From assembly GCF_009914755.1 (NCBI RefSeq), contig NC_060937.1: DNA of 64,000 bases. One strand, given 5' to 3'. A model generated the notes under the pieces. It was not told the DNA's origin and ran no database searches. It worked only from the letters and a program-made list of their open reading frames with translations. A program made the position numbers and the translations under genes. This DNA is from the human T2T-CHM13v2.0 reference genome, Homo sapiens. Below are positions 40,501 through 53,140 of the stretch, piece by piece. Positions within the stretch are counted from its first letter, which is position 1. Every line of letters begins with the position of its first letter.

Positions 40501-41329
40501 AACCATAAAGAAAATATTGCATTTGTTGCTGTGTGGCATTTATATATTTGCATAAATGGCATATAAGATGACATGGGTTATATGACATGGCATATGTCAT
40601 CTTATATGCCTCTTGTGAAAATATATATCTGCACATTTGTATTATGTCAAAGAATTACTACATGGTTATTCTTTTAACAGTGAGATATCAAATGATCTAG
40701 AACTTTATATCTAGTAGTAATACATGGATTTAATATAAACTTTCACATTTGAAGGAAGCATTTTTAGATCATTTTGATATTAAAATGAAAACATGGTTGC
40801 GATAACTTCTGGAAATTATTTGCCTTTTCATATGGAACATGTGAATGAGATTTTCATTGCCATACTTCCGGAATCCTCATTTCTCTTTTACATAAGGAAA
40901 ACAGTGGATAGTGTGAGTTGTTTGAAACTGGAGGGGAATCAAACAACAACCATGATTGCACTTGAATTTATACAACCAAAATAGATTTAAAGGACATGAA
41001 AGCTTTTGTTTTTGGCCATCTGACTATATATGGCATTAATATAGTTTTTATATTGAATCACTGGCAAGCATGTGAGTTTATTCAGAGGTTGTTCATAAGT
41101 TTTTGTTGTGTTAGCAATGTAATTCTTTTAGGGAAGTGAAAATTTCTTAAAAGGTCTAATTCACACAAATGTATTAGAAACAATACAGTATTATTCTAAT
41201 TATATATAATAATAAACATTTTTCATGGTTAATATACTTACTAATTGAAAAAGAATAATGTTTACTTAAAATCATTTACACTTTCACTTTAAAATTATTT
41301 TTTCAAAAAGTATATTGTTAAAGTTGGGC

Positions 41330-42218
41330 TTCATCATTGAGAAAATGCAAATTAAAGCCACAATGAAACACCACCTCCTACCTGTTAGAATGGCTGTTAT
41401 CAAAAAGATGAAAGATAACCAGTGTTGGTAAGGGTATGGAGAAAACAGAACCTTCATACATTGTTGACGGGAATTTAGATTAGTACAGCCATTTTGGAAA
41501 AGAGTATGGAGTTTCCTCAAAACTAAATATGTAATTACTATATGATTCAGCAATCTTACTTCTGGATATGTAGCCAAAGGAAATTGAAATCAGTACATTA
41601 AAGTCTTATGTTCACTTCAGCATTATTCACAGTAACCAAGATATGGAACCAATCTAAGTGTCTCTCAATGAAAAAAATTGATAAAGAATATTAGCTATAC
41701 ACAATGGAATACTATACAGCCTTAAAAGAAGGAAATTCTGTCATTCAAGACAACATGGAACTGGGGGACGTTATGACAAGTGAAATATGCCAGGCACAGA
41801 AAAACAAATACCACACTATTTCACTTATATGTGGAATATAAAATAGTCAACCTCATAGGAGCAGAGAATGGAATGGTGGTTACCAGAGGCTGGTGGAGAA
41901 GGGAGAGAGGGATGGAGCAAGGGGAAATGTTGATCAAATAATATAGTTTCGGTTAGACTGCAGGAACAAGTTTTAGCACTCCATTGACTGCATCGTCATC
42001 ACAGTTAACAATAATGTGTATTTCAAAATTGCTAAAACAATGGATTGTTTTCATTCTTACCACAAAAAAGTGATAAGTTGAGGTGGTAGACATGTTGATG
42101 GCTTGATTGAGTCTTTCTACAATGTACACATAAATTAAAACATCAAAATGTACTCCATAAATGTTATTTATTTATAATTATTTGTCAATAAAGACAATTA
42201 CATAAAAATATAAAAAAC
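41330..42218 (+). mobile_element. L1MA-type 3' end
   Basis: gaaaatgcaaattaaagccacaatga...agtgaaatatgccaggcacagaaaaacaaata...atttgtcaataaa. Confidence 0.9.
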
Positions 42219-43020
42219 ACAACCTTTAACTTACGAGACAGTGGTGTAAATTAGTATCTTCCAATTAAGAAGAAAATCCCAATTATAAGGATAGTACGAA
42301 CGTGTTTTAGAATGTTTAAAACATACCCCTGTATATTTGTCATTCAGTGAGATACAATTGTGCATTTGAAATTCCAATTTTATTACATAATTAAAGTCAA
42401 CCATATCATAGTTTTTTTTTGTAATATAATTCGGTGAAAATAAGAGATTTTAAAGCAAGCAAATAAGTTTTAAAACTGACCAAATGAGTCACAAAGAAAT
42501 ATCTATTATGCATACTCTAGAGATAATAGTATAAATATGGAAATATATGTGTTTTTTTTCAAAATATAAATAGAATAATTATGTTTAAGAAATACTTTCT
42601 CTAAGTACTAATCAAACTAAGGTAAACAAGATAAAAAATGTCCAAAGATTGAAAAGTGAAGACATAAATCTTTATGTATGTACCTAAAAATATTGGAAAA
42701 ACTGTTAAAAACCAATATGCAAACTATTAGAAATAAAATATTTTACCAAGTTGGCCAGAATAACAATCACCACAAAAATATGCTTTCACAAGAAAAGAAA
42801 ATAATGTATTTGAGAATAATTAGCAGAAATTGTATTAATATTCTTAAATAATAAAAGTATTTTGATAGCTATTATTCAGACTGTATCTTATTTTTCTGTC
42901 TAGCACATAAACTGATTTCCTGTTAGTATATATTATGTAAAATTCGACATGTTATCCTGGCCATATCAGGCATATTCCCAATATTCCAAACCCAACTTCT
43001 TGTATTTACAAGAAGAAAAC

Positions 43021-43701
43021 TGAAACCACTCCTACAAATTTTATAGAATTAATCAGGGAAGAGACAGGGAGAGAAAAAATAAAGCTACAGTACATTCAGT
43101 ATTAATGATTAAACCAGCTTACTCTCGCACCTGCTTTCTCTCAGCTGTTTGGTATCTATTGTCTTAGAATCATGTAGACCCTGTTACAAGATCATAGTTC
43201 CCCTTAATTCTTTGACAGATAGTGTAAACATTAGGTTGGTGCAAAACTGTGGTTTTTCCAATCACCCTTCGCAAAAACCACAACTACTTTTGCACCAACC
43301 TGATAAAACATTGTTTTCCCTTTGAGCTATTTCTTTAGGTCTTGCATACTGATAAAATTACTGACTCAGTGGGTCTGTGGAACCCCACTGAGGTCAGCTG
43401 GCCTGACAGACCCCACTGACGTCAGCAGATCTGAACACTCCGCAAGAGGCTGACTCGCCAAAAAATACAGTTTCCACACTCCTGATGATTTTATCCCCTT
43501 GACCCTGACCAGTCAACTCTCTCAATCTTCCAGCTTTTTGCCCTCTCTAATCCCTTTAAAGACTGCAGCGAGAGTCTCTTTTCATCTCCTCACTCACAGT
43601 GTTGTGATCATTAAACTCTTTCTCAGCTGCAAACCCTGCTGTCTCAGTATAATCAGTCTGTTGCCACACAGCAGGAAAATGAACCTGTTTTTCCTATAAC
43701 A
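43021..43701 (+). mobile_element. LTR26 (ERV1) solo LTR
   Basis: tgaaaccactcctacaaattttatagaattaatcagggaag...attaaactctttctc...gaacctgtttttcctataaca; perfect TSD aaac/aaac. Confidence 0.85.
43231..43303. mobile_element. MADE1 (Hsmar1-derived MITE) nested in LTR26
   Basis: ttaggttggtgcaaaa...ttttgcaccaacctga terminal inverted repeats, flanked by ca/ta (TA target). Confidence 0.92.
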
Positions 43702-44643
43702 AAACTACTTACATTTGTCTTCCACAATGAAAAAGTAAAACAGTTTGAGCGACCCCAAAAGTCACATGGCATGCATCATGGTGGGACCAACTCTATTGAT
43801 TTGCTTCATCAAACTATAGCCCATAAATCTCTGTAAAATAAGGACAATAAAATCTTTCTATTTTTATTTCGTAGCAATTCTGTGGTGATTTTTTGTAGTC
43901 TGTCTTTTGTGTCTGCCAGAATGTCCTTGCTTCCTCCTGATTTTCAAATTCAAGCTCCTTTTTCTGTTAAGTTCCTGATTTTAAAAGGGAACTTTATTAT
44001 TCCTTAAACAGTATTACATCAAGCCATGCATATCCTACCTCTATTTGAAAAAATATGTGTACTTATACTCTAGTAGGATTGATCACTGAGATACTGTCAC
44101 ACATAGATTAAGCTGATGTGACACTGGCCAGTTTCTTCCTACCCTGGGAGTGTCCCAAAACATGAAGCTGCCTTTTGTAAGCTGCCACACTCTTATTGTT
44201 CATTTTACTCTTCTGCTTATAGGAATGAGATGAAGTGAAGGAGAGCAGAGTAAAAACTGGAATGCCTTGTAATAGACAAGGTACCAGGCACTGTGGTATA
44301 ATTGCTGCATAACAAGCCATATTTTATACAATGGTGACAACAATCATGCAATGTAAACATCCTTGTATTGATTTAATTCCAATGAAAGATTATCTTCACA
44401 CACGAGCATTTTTTTTTTTTTCCTCCGGTGACATAGGTATCCAGATGCAGAAGTCTTACTTCCTGCTTTTCTATGACATCATCCTTCAGAAGGCGGGGCA
44501 TAGGCAAGAACATGATAAAGGTAAGTATTGCTCTTCAAAAATCATCTTTCCTAAAGCATGGTTTTCGTAATTTTACACACATATTTTAAAAAATATATAG
44601 AGACATTTTAATCAAGAACACAGTAGATAAATATTTGAGGAAA

Positions 44644-45402
44644 TGTAACGACCCAACAGGTTCAACTTGAGCATTGCCTAGACAGAGCTGATTTATCAAG
44701 ACAGGGGAATTGCAATAGAGAAAGAAGTTAATTCACACCACGCAGAGACTAGAGACTGTATGGGAGACTGTTATTACTCAAGACTTGTTATTACTCAGTC
44801 ACTCTCCCTGAAAACTCAAAGATTAGGGTTTTTAAGCATTATTTGATGGGTGGGGGGGCCAGTGAGTCAGGAGTGCTTGTTGGTTGGCTTGGAAATGAAA
44901 TCATAACGAGTTGAAACTGTCCTCTTGCACTGAGTCAACTCCTGGGTGGGGGCCACAAGGCAAGCCAGTTTATTGATCTGGGTGGTGCCAGCTAACCCAT
45001 CAAGTGCAGGGCCTGCAACAAATCTCAATTGCTGACCTTAGGTTTTACAATATTGACCTTATCCTCAGGAATAATTTGGGGAGGGTCAGAATCATGTAGC
45101 CTCCAGCTGTGTGACTCCTAAACCATAATTTCTAATATTGTGTCTAATTTCTTAGCCCTACAAAGGCAGTTTAGTCCTCAGGCAAGAAGTTTTTTTGTTT
45201 GTTCATTTGTTTTTGTTTTTTGAGAAACGGCTGTCATTGTCTTTGTTTCAAAGTTAAACTATAAGTTTCACCCAAAGTTAGTTAGTTTGGCCTTTGAATG
45301 GGCAAGGACAGCTTGGAAGCTAAAAGCAAGATGGAGTTGGTTAGGGCAGATCTCTTTCACTGTCATAATTTTCTCAGTTACAATTCTGCAAAGGTGGTTT
45401 CA
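44644..45402 (-). mobile_element. LTR8/LTR8A (ERV1) solo LTR
   Basis: Minus-strand start tgaaaccacctttgcagaattg, end ...ttgggtcgttaca; perfect TSD gaaa/gaaa. Confidence 0.9.
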
Positions 45403-45494
45403 GAAATAGAGAAATATGTAGACATATCAGTCAAGAACATAGTAGATAAATATTTGAGGAGATATTATAATCTAAGAGAAATGTATAGAGATGA

Positions 45495-45898
<404 letters not shown>

Positions 45899-47179
45899 GT
45901 GATCCACCTGAATGTTGAAACCTGGCTATTCCAGTGAAGGGGAGGAAGAAGAATGTCTTTTTACTCTGAATGTATAATTTGTCAAACTTGCGCTTAAGAT
46001 AGAAAATTGACCTAAAGATCTGCAAAACCCAAACTTATCCCAAACATGAAGATATACTCTATTTAAAATATTAATGAAGTTTATTTGTACCTTTTAGTGA
46101 TTTATTTCTTATAAACACAAATCTGTAACTATATATTGACTCATCTCTTCTTGTTTTTATTTCCTCCTGTAATTACTAAATTGATTAGCATTATTCTTCA
46201 TCTTGTCCAAGTAAATTTCCCAATTCCATGATAATGTAGACACACCCCAAAACCAAAACGCATTCAAATATGCAAGAACAATAACAACAAAAAAGCTCAT
46301 GGGAATGTTGAAGGAATGATTTTTTTTTTTTTTTTTTGCTAATGGGAGTAACCATCAACAGTCCTCACAAAACAATTCTGAAAGTATGTTTCACTGGCAG
46401 AAGCCATAGAAGATGAGTTCCCACTGTTATTTTCCAGAAGAAAATGATAGAAGGTTACAGTTTCCAAGATTATCGATCCCTATAGTTTTTGGCATTATTA
46501 CATGTGATAAATTTGATGGTAGATATTTCATCATAATTTGAGTGAGACAATATAATCCCCAGTCCTGTTCTAATAAACTTTGTGATACATTTCCAAAAGA
46601 AATAAATAAATCATTCTGGACCTCAGATCCCTAAAATTTAAAGGGAATTTGTATAATTGGCTATTTCTACTAATGTTTAATTCTGTGAATTTGTTATTCA
46701 CATATGTTTTAGATTAAATAATTTTACTCCTTATTGAAAACCATATTTATATATTTTTTCTTTTATTCATGGCTATTTAATAAAAAGAATCATCTTAAAA
46801 TATTGTTTTTTTTTTTCCGTTAGTAACTTGATTTCTAAAACTATGGAAGAATCAAGGCAAAAAAATTTTTTTCAGAGCCAATTTCTTCCAATATAATCTC
46901 ATATTTGTGTTTATACTATAATCTTCCAGGTTTTAAAACATTTGTCATAATTGAGGAATAAGAAGATAGTGTCTTTCAGTATTCTCTCAAATACTGACAT
47001 TTCTCAAACTTTTTCAAAAAAATCTTAATTTTGAAAACTATTTTTATAGGTGTCATGGTGTCATAGAAAGATTTGTGGTTTAGTTATATAGTTTCAAATT
47101 ATAGAAAAAATTCACCAAAGTATGAGATAATTAATCTGTATCAATCCAAGGAAAGAGGTGTTCTCTAATAAAATCTTAC

Positions 47180-47367
47180 TTTTTTGTTTGTTTGTTTTGT
47201 TTTGTTTTGTTTTGGAGATGGAGTCTCACTTTGTCCCCCAGGCTGGAGTGCAGCAGTGTGATCTTTGCTCACAGCAACTTCCGCCTCCCGGGTTCAAGTG
47301 GAGGGTTCTCCTTCCCCAGCCTCCCGAGTAGCTGGGATTACATAAGCCTGTCACCATGCCCAGCTAA
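47180..47367 (-). mobile_element. Alu right monomer only, tail decayed to (TTTG/TTTTG)n
   Basis: Match ends at cccagctaa; TSD aaaatctta on both sides. Confidence 0.92.
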
Positions 47368-47995
47368 AAATCTTATATCATTCTTCATAGCTGATTTATA
47401 CTATTAAACAGATATACTATCTAGATATTTTATGGTGTAATATAAGTTATATTTATGACCAAGAAAGTTGATCAAAACAATTTCACATGATGTGAAAGCT
47501 CTCTTTTAATCATCAGTACTTTGAAGCAACCTACAGCCAACTTGTTTAGGGACACCTATGGATATAGTTGTGTGGAAGGATAGAATTTTCCTGTTCATTG
47601 TTTATCGTTCTCAATAAAGACCTCCATTTATCAGAATTTTCCACCCTTTACATGTAAAAAGTAGACCTTAAAATGGTAACTTACTGTTTTTTTTTTAAAG
47701 AACAAATTTGCTAAAAAATGACATGCTTAGGAGAACTACAAAGTGTGAGAGCTTCATGTTGGCATCTGGCTGAAGCAAACATGGGAAGAACACCAGCAGT
47801 ATTCATAAGCAGAGAATGAGACAGTCTCACTTGAACACAAAATATATCATGTTGGCCATTTATTTGATGTCTATAAAAATATAAACAATTCTTTTTACCA
47901 AGAGATCAATTGCAGTGAACTTCTTACTATTCTGTTTGGTTAAAATGTACAATGTAGATTAATGACATGTATCTCTAATGTTGGAAATTTATGTA

Positions 47996-48163
<168 letters not shown>

Positions 48164-49859
48164 TTTAAAGCAAATGTATTTTATTTTTATTTCTTTAATA
48201 TTTAAACTTTAGGGAATTAAAATTACATGGATTATTTTAAATTCCTTGTTATATCTTTCAATCATGGTTCCTAACAAAAGAAGTTATAACATCTGCAATA
48301 CAATTAGATACATGAATTCATGTAAATCAATGTCAAGTTTAAATAAAACAATTACCTAAGTCCAGTCACAATGACCTCAACAGAAAAATAGACTTGCTCC
48401 CCTCTCCCACAAAAAAACTTACATAAATTTGCTACAAAAATATTTACATTTGAGTTTATGTCTCCTCTTCAACTGTTACTGTTTCGACCTCTAACCAATA
48501 TCTGTTTACCAAATCTGCTTGAGGTACGTCTTCACCAATTCTCAATTATTCACTATACTTTTTTCATGACATTGATAGGAATCAGTCGTGAAAATTAGGT
48601 ACCATTGAGGTGTAGCAGATATCTTATGTGTGAAAAATTGAACTAATTTTTAAAAATGTTTTTTATAAGTGGAATTTGATATAGTAACTAACAGAAATTC
48701 CATCTGGCCTCTTAAGTTTTATCAGAATTGTCTATTTGATTCATTTAGTAGCATTGAAATAAAGTTGGATACCAGGAATGAGGTACCAAAAGTTGGGACA
48801 TCGTTTGGAATGCAATTTTTGTCCTCTCCATTTCAACTTCACTTGTATGGTTTTGAATGACTGTATTTCATCATAAAAAATAAAAATCCCAAGGGAGTAT
48901 ATTTCTATGAACTCCTTCTGTACTAAATTTGAACACGAATTTTTAAAGTCAATCCAATACATATCCCCAATTGAAAACAGTGCCTTAACCTCAGTAAAAG
49001 GAAGATGAAACTACCTACTTCCACTGTATATTCTACTTTGAGGTCATATTTATATTAGTAGCATCACACTACCCATTTAGTTGTCAAAGAGCTCTTGAAG
49101 TCAAAAGAGCTGCTTTTTCTCTTATTAGCAACAAGTTGGTCATCTATGCCAATTGCTCAGAATTGTCTTTCACTTATGTCTGGTTAGGCTCCATTTCTAC
49201 CGCTACTGTCTTCACTTTGGATATCATCATGTCTTACAACATTTGTCGTAATAACTTTCAAATATTAATTGACTACCAGTCTGGGTACTCTGAAAAGGCT
49301 TTAATTACAGCTTGTCTCATATATTAGATTTAACTTTTTACTGTTTATGCTTGAGGAATGAACATTAAAATTATATTAACTCTAATATAATGCCCTACTT
49401 TAAGGACAAGGAGATTTGCTGATTTACCTGATATAGTTCTCAGCAACTAACAAAGCTATGCCTCACCTAAGCCCTCACTGACTGAAGGATCTGTTGGATG
49501 TTCTTATCTAAATTTATCTGCCTAAGCAACTCTTTGACCAATCTGGTCATCTTTTAAATTCTCATTGTCCTATCAAGACTCAAGTCCTTCAAGTTGTAAT
49601 ATCTTTTATCAAGTCATGCCTTCATAAAAATAGTTTAGTAAACTCTAGTAAAAATGTGTTTATTCTGTCTTAATTTGTGATTTTATTTCAACATATAGAC
49701 TTAATTCACGATGTTAAATTCTGATGAATTTATGATTATTTCTATATATTATTTCTTTACATGGTGGAATATATGTTTACTTATAAAATTTTGTTATATA
49801 ATGAGTATTAGTTTTATTTTCCAAAAGCAATCTAAGACAAAATTAGGAGGTCAGATAGT

Positions 49860-50150
49860 GTATTAATTTATTCATTGACTAAATTCTTATTGAGCAACTA
49901 ATAAATGCCAGACGCTCTTTGAGCATTGGAAACAAACTCTCTGCTTTTTGAGCTTATCTTGTAGATGGTATAATAGAGAATAAACAGGTGTGTAATATAA
50001 TATCTGATGGGTGATTATTGCTATAAGTAATCACGAAAGATGAATGGGATGAGGCTGGACAAGGAGTGCGAGGGTGTGTTGTAGTCAGGAAAGACTCCTC
50101 AGAAAACACATTTTGAGCAAATACCTCAGAGAAGTGAATTAGTTATGCAG
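49860..50150 (-). mobile_element. L2 3' end, antisense
   Basis: ttattcattgactaaattcttattgagcaactaataaatgccagac...gagcttatcttgtag...gtagtcaggaaagactcctcagaaaa. Confidence 0.75.
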
Positions 50151-51022
50151 GAGGTGAAGAAATGATCTCACTTTGTCTTCCTTTTATTGGTAGTAAGGGA
50201 ATAAATGATTCTAATGGGTATATTATAAAGTCTGTGTGTTATATCCTGAAAAAGACTGTTAGACAGTATTATAGAATGTTATTTTAGTTGTTTATACTTG
50301 TTTTTCTTGTTTATGTTAATTTCTTACACTCTTATAAAGCATATAAATATTTAAGACATTCATGGAGACATGAAATTTGTCTTCTTTCATTTGTGCCATG
50401 ACAGCCTTCTGCATTTTCTAACATTACAGTCTGTACTGTTGCTATGGCTGTCTGCATGTTGCCTCCAAACCCTGAGCTTTCTGAGCACTGAGTACAGTGT
50501 GCTGTAGAAAGTAAGACTTACATATTTGCTGAATTGGATGCTCCCCTTTGACATTTTCTGAGATGAAATTATTTTTTTCATGATAGAAGAATTATGAGAA
50601 GAATGCAAGTTTTCCTGTTTGAGTAGATCCAAAGGAGTCCCTTGAAAAAAAAAAAAAGTTTTGTTTTTTGTTTTTTGTTTTTTGTTTGTTTGTTTGTTTC
50701 ACTCTGGAGCTACTGTTCTGGACAAAGTGCAGTAGTTTCTCATTTGGTTGAGAGTCCTGCGTGGGCTTCTAATGCCAACATTGTCATTTGCCCATCTGGT
50801 TTCCAAAGCATGTGTATACCCTTATCAAAAACACAAAATAACCCTCCAGGCATTACCTGGAATTGCCAGATATCCTATTCCTGACCAAATCTGAATGAGA
50901 ATGAATACGATTACCTAAGAGACTCACAATATTTAAAATATTATAAAGAACGAGAATACAAAGTATGTACCTAAATTATTTCCAACATGCTCTTGAACAA
51001 AGCAGCTAAAATCTGTGACATA

Positions 51023-51318
51023 GGCTGGGCGCGGTGGCTCACGCCTATAATCCCAGCACTTTGGGCGACCGAGGCGGGCGGATCATGAGGTCAAGAGATC
51101 GATACCATCTTGGCTAACACAGTGAAACCCTGTCTCTACTAAAAATACAAAAAATTAGCCGGGCGTGGTGGCAGGCGCCTGTAGTCCCAGCTTCTTGGGA
51201 GGCTGAGGCAGGAGAATGGCATGAACCCGAGAGGCAGAGCTTGCAGTGAGCCGAGAGAGTGCCACTGCAGTCTGGCCTGGGCAAAAGAGCAACACTCCGT
51301 CTCAAACAAACAAACAAA
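51023..51318 (+). mobile_element. AluY (young variant)
   Basis: Many CpGs retained; perfect 15-bp TSD aaaatctgtgacata; gcagtctggcctgggcaaaagagc variant 3' end. Confidence 0.97.
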
Positions 51319-51816
51319 AAAATCTGTGACATATATCTCATTTGTACGTATGTGTTTAATTACAATATATGCATGGAACATTTGGCTGCATTCATTTAAT
51401 TCATCACAATTTCACCTGGATTGAGATGTGTTTAATTCTCTCAGTTAAGGGATATTATAATAGATGGAATTCAATGTGTATCACTTCAATTGTTGTAAAG
51501 CTGTTTTAGAAGATATTCATTATTTCATTCAATGATTACTATGTAAAATGTCGGTGACATTTTTATTTTACAGTATTTTGAAGTTCTTAAAAAAGCATTG
51601 TACTTCTTAACACTAGACTTCTTCCTCTTCTATGATCAAATGAAACCTATAAATGATAGGATTCCTTTTTATTTTTTCTTCTAAGAAGATCAAAGACAAG
51701 TGTGAAAATCAGATATGGTAACTTCTATTTTTCTGATTTGCCACTTCTATTTATATTAATTGAATCTACTTTTGCTTTAAGCTGTCTCAAAAGTTTTGCA
51801 CAGAGTAAGACTATAA

Positions 51817-52090
51817 CCTGTAATCCTACTACTTTGGGAGGCTGAAATGGGTAGATTGCTTGAGCCCAGGAGTTCGAGACCAGCCTGGGCAACATGGCAA
51901 AGCTCCGTCTCTACAAAAAATACAAAAATTAGCTAGGCACCATGGCATGTGCCTATCTTCCCAGTTACTTGAGAGGTTGAGATGGGAGGATCTCCTGAGG
52001 GTGGGAAGCTGAGGCTGCAGTGAGCCAAGGTTGTGCTGTTGCATTCCAGCCTGAGCGACATAGTGAGACCCTGTCTCAACAAAAAAAAAA
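51817..52090 (+). mobile_element. AluJ, slightly 5'-truncated
   Basis: ttgcttgagcccaggagttcgagaccagcctgggcaacatgg; polyA tail. Confidence 0.93.
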
Positions 52091-52107
52091 TAATAATATA
52101 GATGATT

Positions 52108-52248
52108 GGTGGCTGGCAAGATGGCCGAATAGGAACAGTTCCAGTATGCAGCTCCCAGCGAAATCAGTGCAGAAGGTGGGGGATTTCTGCATTTCCAACT
52201 GAGCCTCCACTGGTGATACTCAGGCAAACAGGGTCTGGAGCTGGATCT
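52108..52248 (+). mobile_element. Spliced L1PA (PA7-like) 5'UTR fragment (SpIRE-like)
   Basis: L1 5' start ggtggctggcaagatggccgaataggaacag with YY1 motif; ...tttccaactgag joined directly to cctccactggtgatactcaggcaaacagggtctggag. Confidence 0.85.
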
Positions 52249-52649
52249 ACCATTGAAAATGGGGATATCAATGTTGTGATATTAATTTCTAAGAGTATAA
52301 AGTAGTTTGCATGAAACCCTGAATGAGGTATCTGAAGTTTCAATGGCAAATTATTTTTTTCTTTAAGCATAAATATCTCAGAAATTCAGAATTATAGGTG
52401 TCTTTTATTGTTATCCATGTCTTTTTTATACACTGCTTACCATATGTTACCTGTCTGGCTTCTTTTCAGCTCTCTTACATGTGTTACCTATAAGGCACAT
52501 ATGATTGAGTCTATTCCACATATGAACATAGTAAAACCAAAGTCATAAATTGTCAGAACTTAACCTGATACTCAAGTTTGGCAGTAATTTATGCTATTTG
52601 CTTTAATCCATTCTAGCTAAACCAGCTCAGTTAGAAAGATATTGTCTTA

Positions 52650-53140
52650 CTTAGCCTTAGTTCCCTGAAACAGAGCATGAGACAAAGACTTTCATATAAG
52701 TAAATAATATTGGACAAAATTTGGGGGAGAAAGGGTCTAGGGAAGAAGAAAGTCAATACAAGGATACACCATTTTAGTTGACCCCTAAAATGAATGACTG
52801 ATGCTGGATCCTTGGCGAATTTCTGGGGAATTGTATAAAATGTGTCTTAGAATAGGCTGTCTAGAATGAAGGGGAAACACATTTATCATTGGCTCATTTT
52901 AACCTTCTCAAGGATAACCCTACAGAATTAATTGCTGGGTCACTTCTAGGTTGCATCAGATCAAGTGTAGAAAAGTTCTCAAGAACATGTCAAGATCACA
53001 AAAGTCTTAAGGCAGTGTTGGCCTTAACAGAGGTGCTATTTACTTTTGTCTGCAAAGGCTGTATGAAACCGATGGTTTTATCAGTGGCTGAAGCAAAAGG
53101 TGAGGACAGAGGATTTGGAAGTGGTGCATAAAAATGACAC
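52650..53140 (-). mobile_element. LTR16-family ERVL LTR
   Basis: gttccctgaaacagagcatgagacaaagact...aaagtcaatacaaggatac...acatttatcattggctc. Confidence 0.65.
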
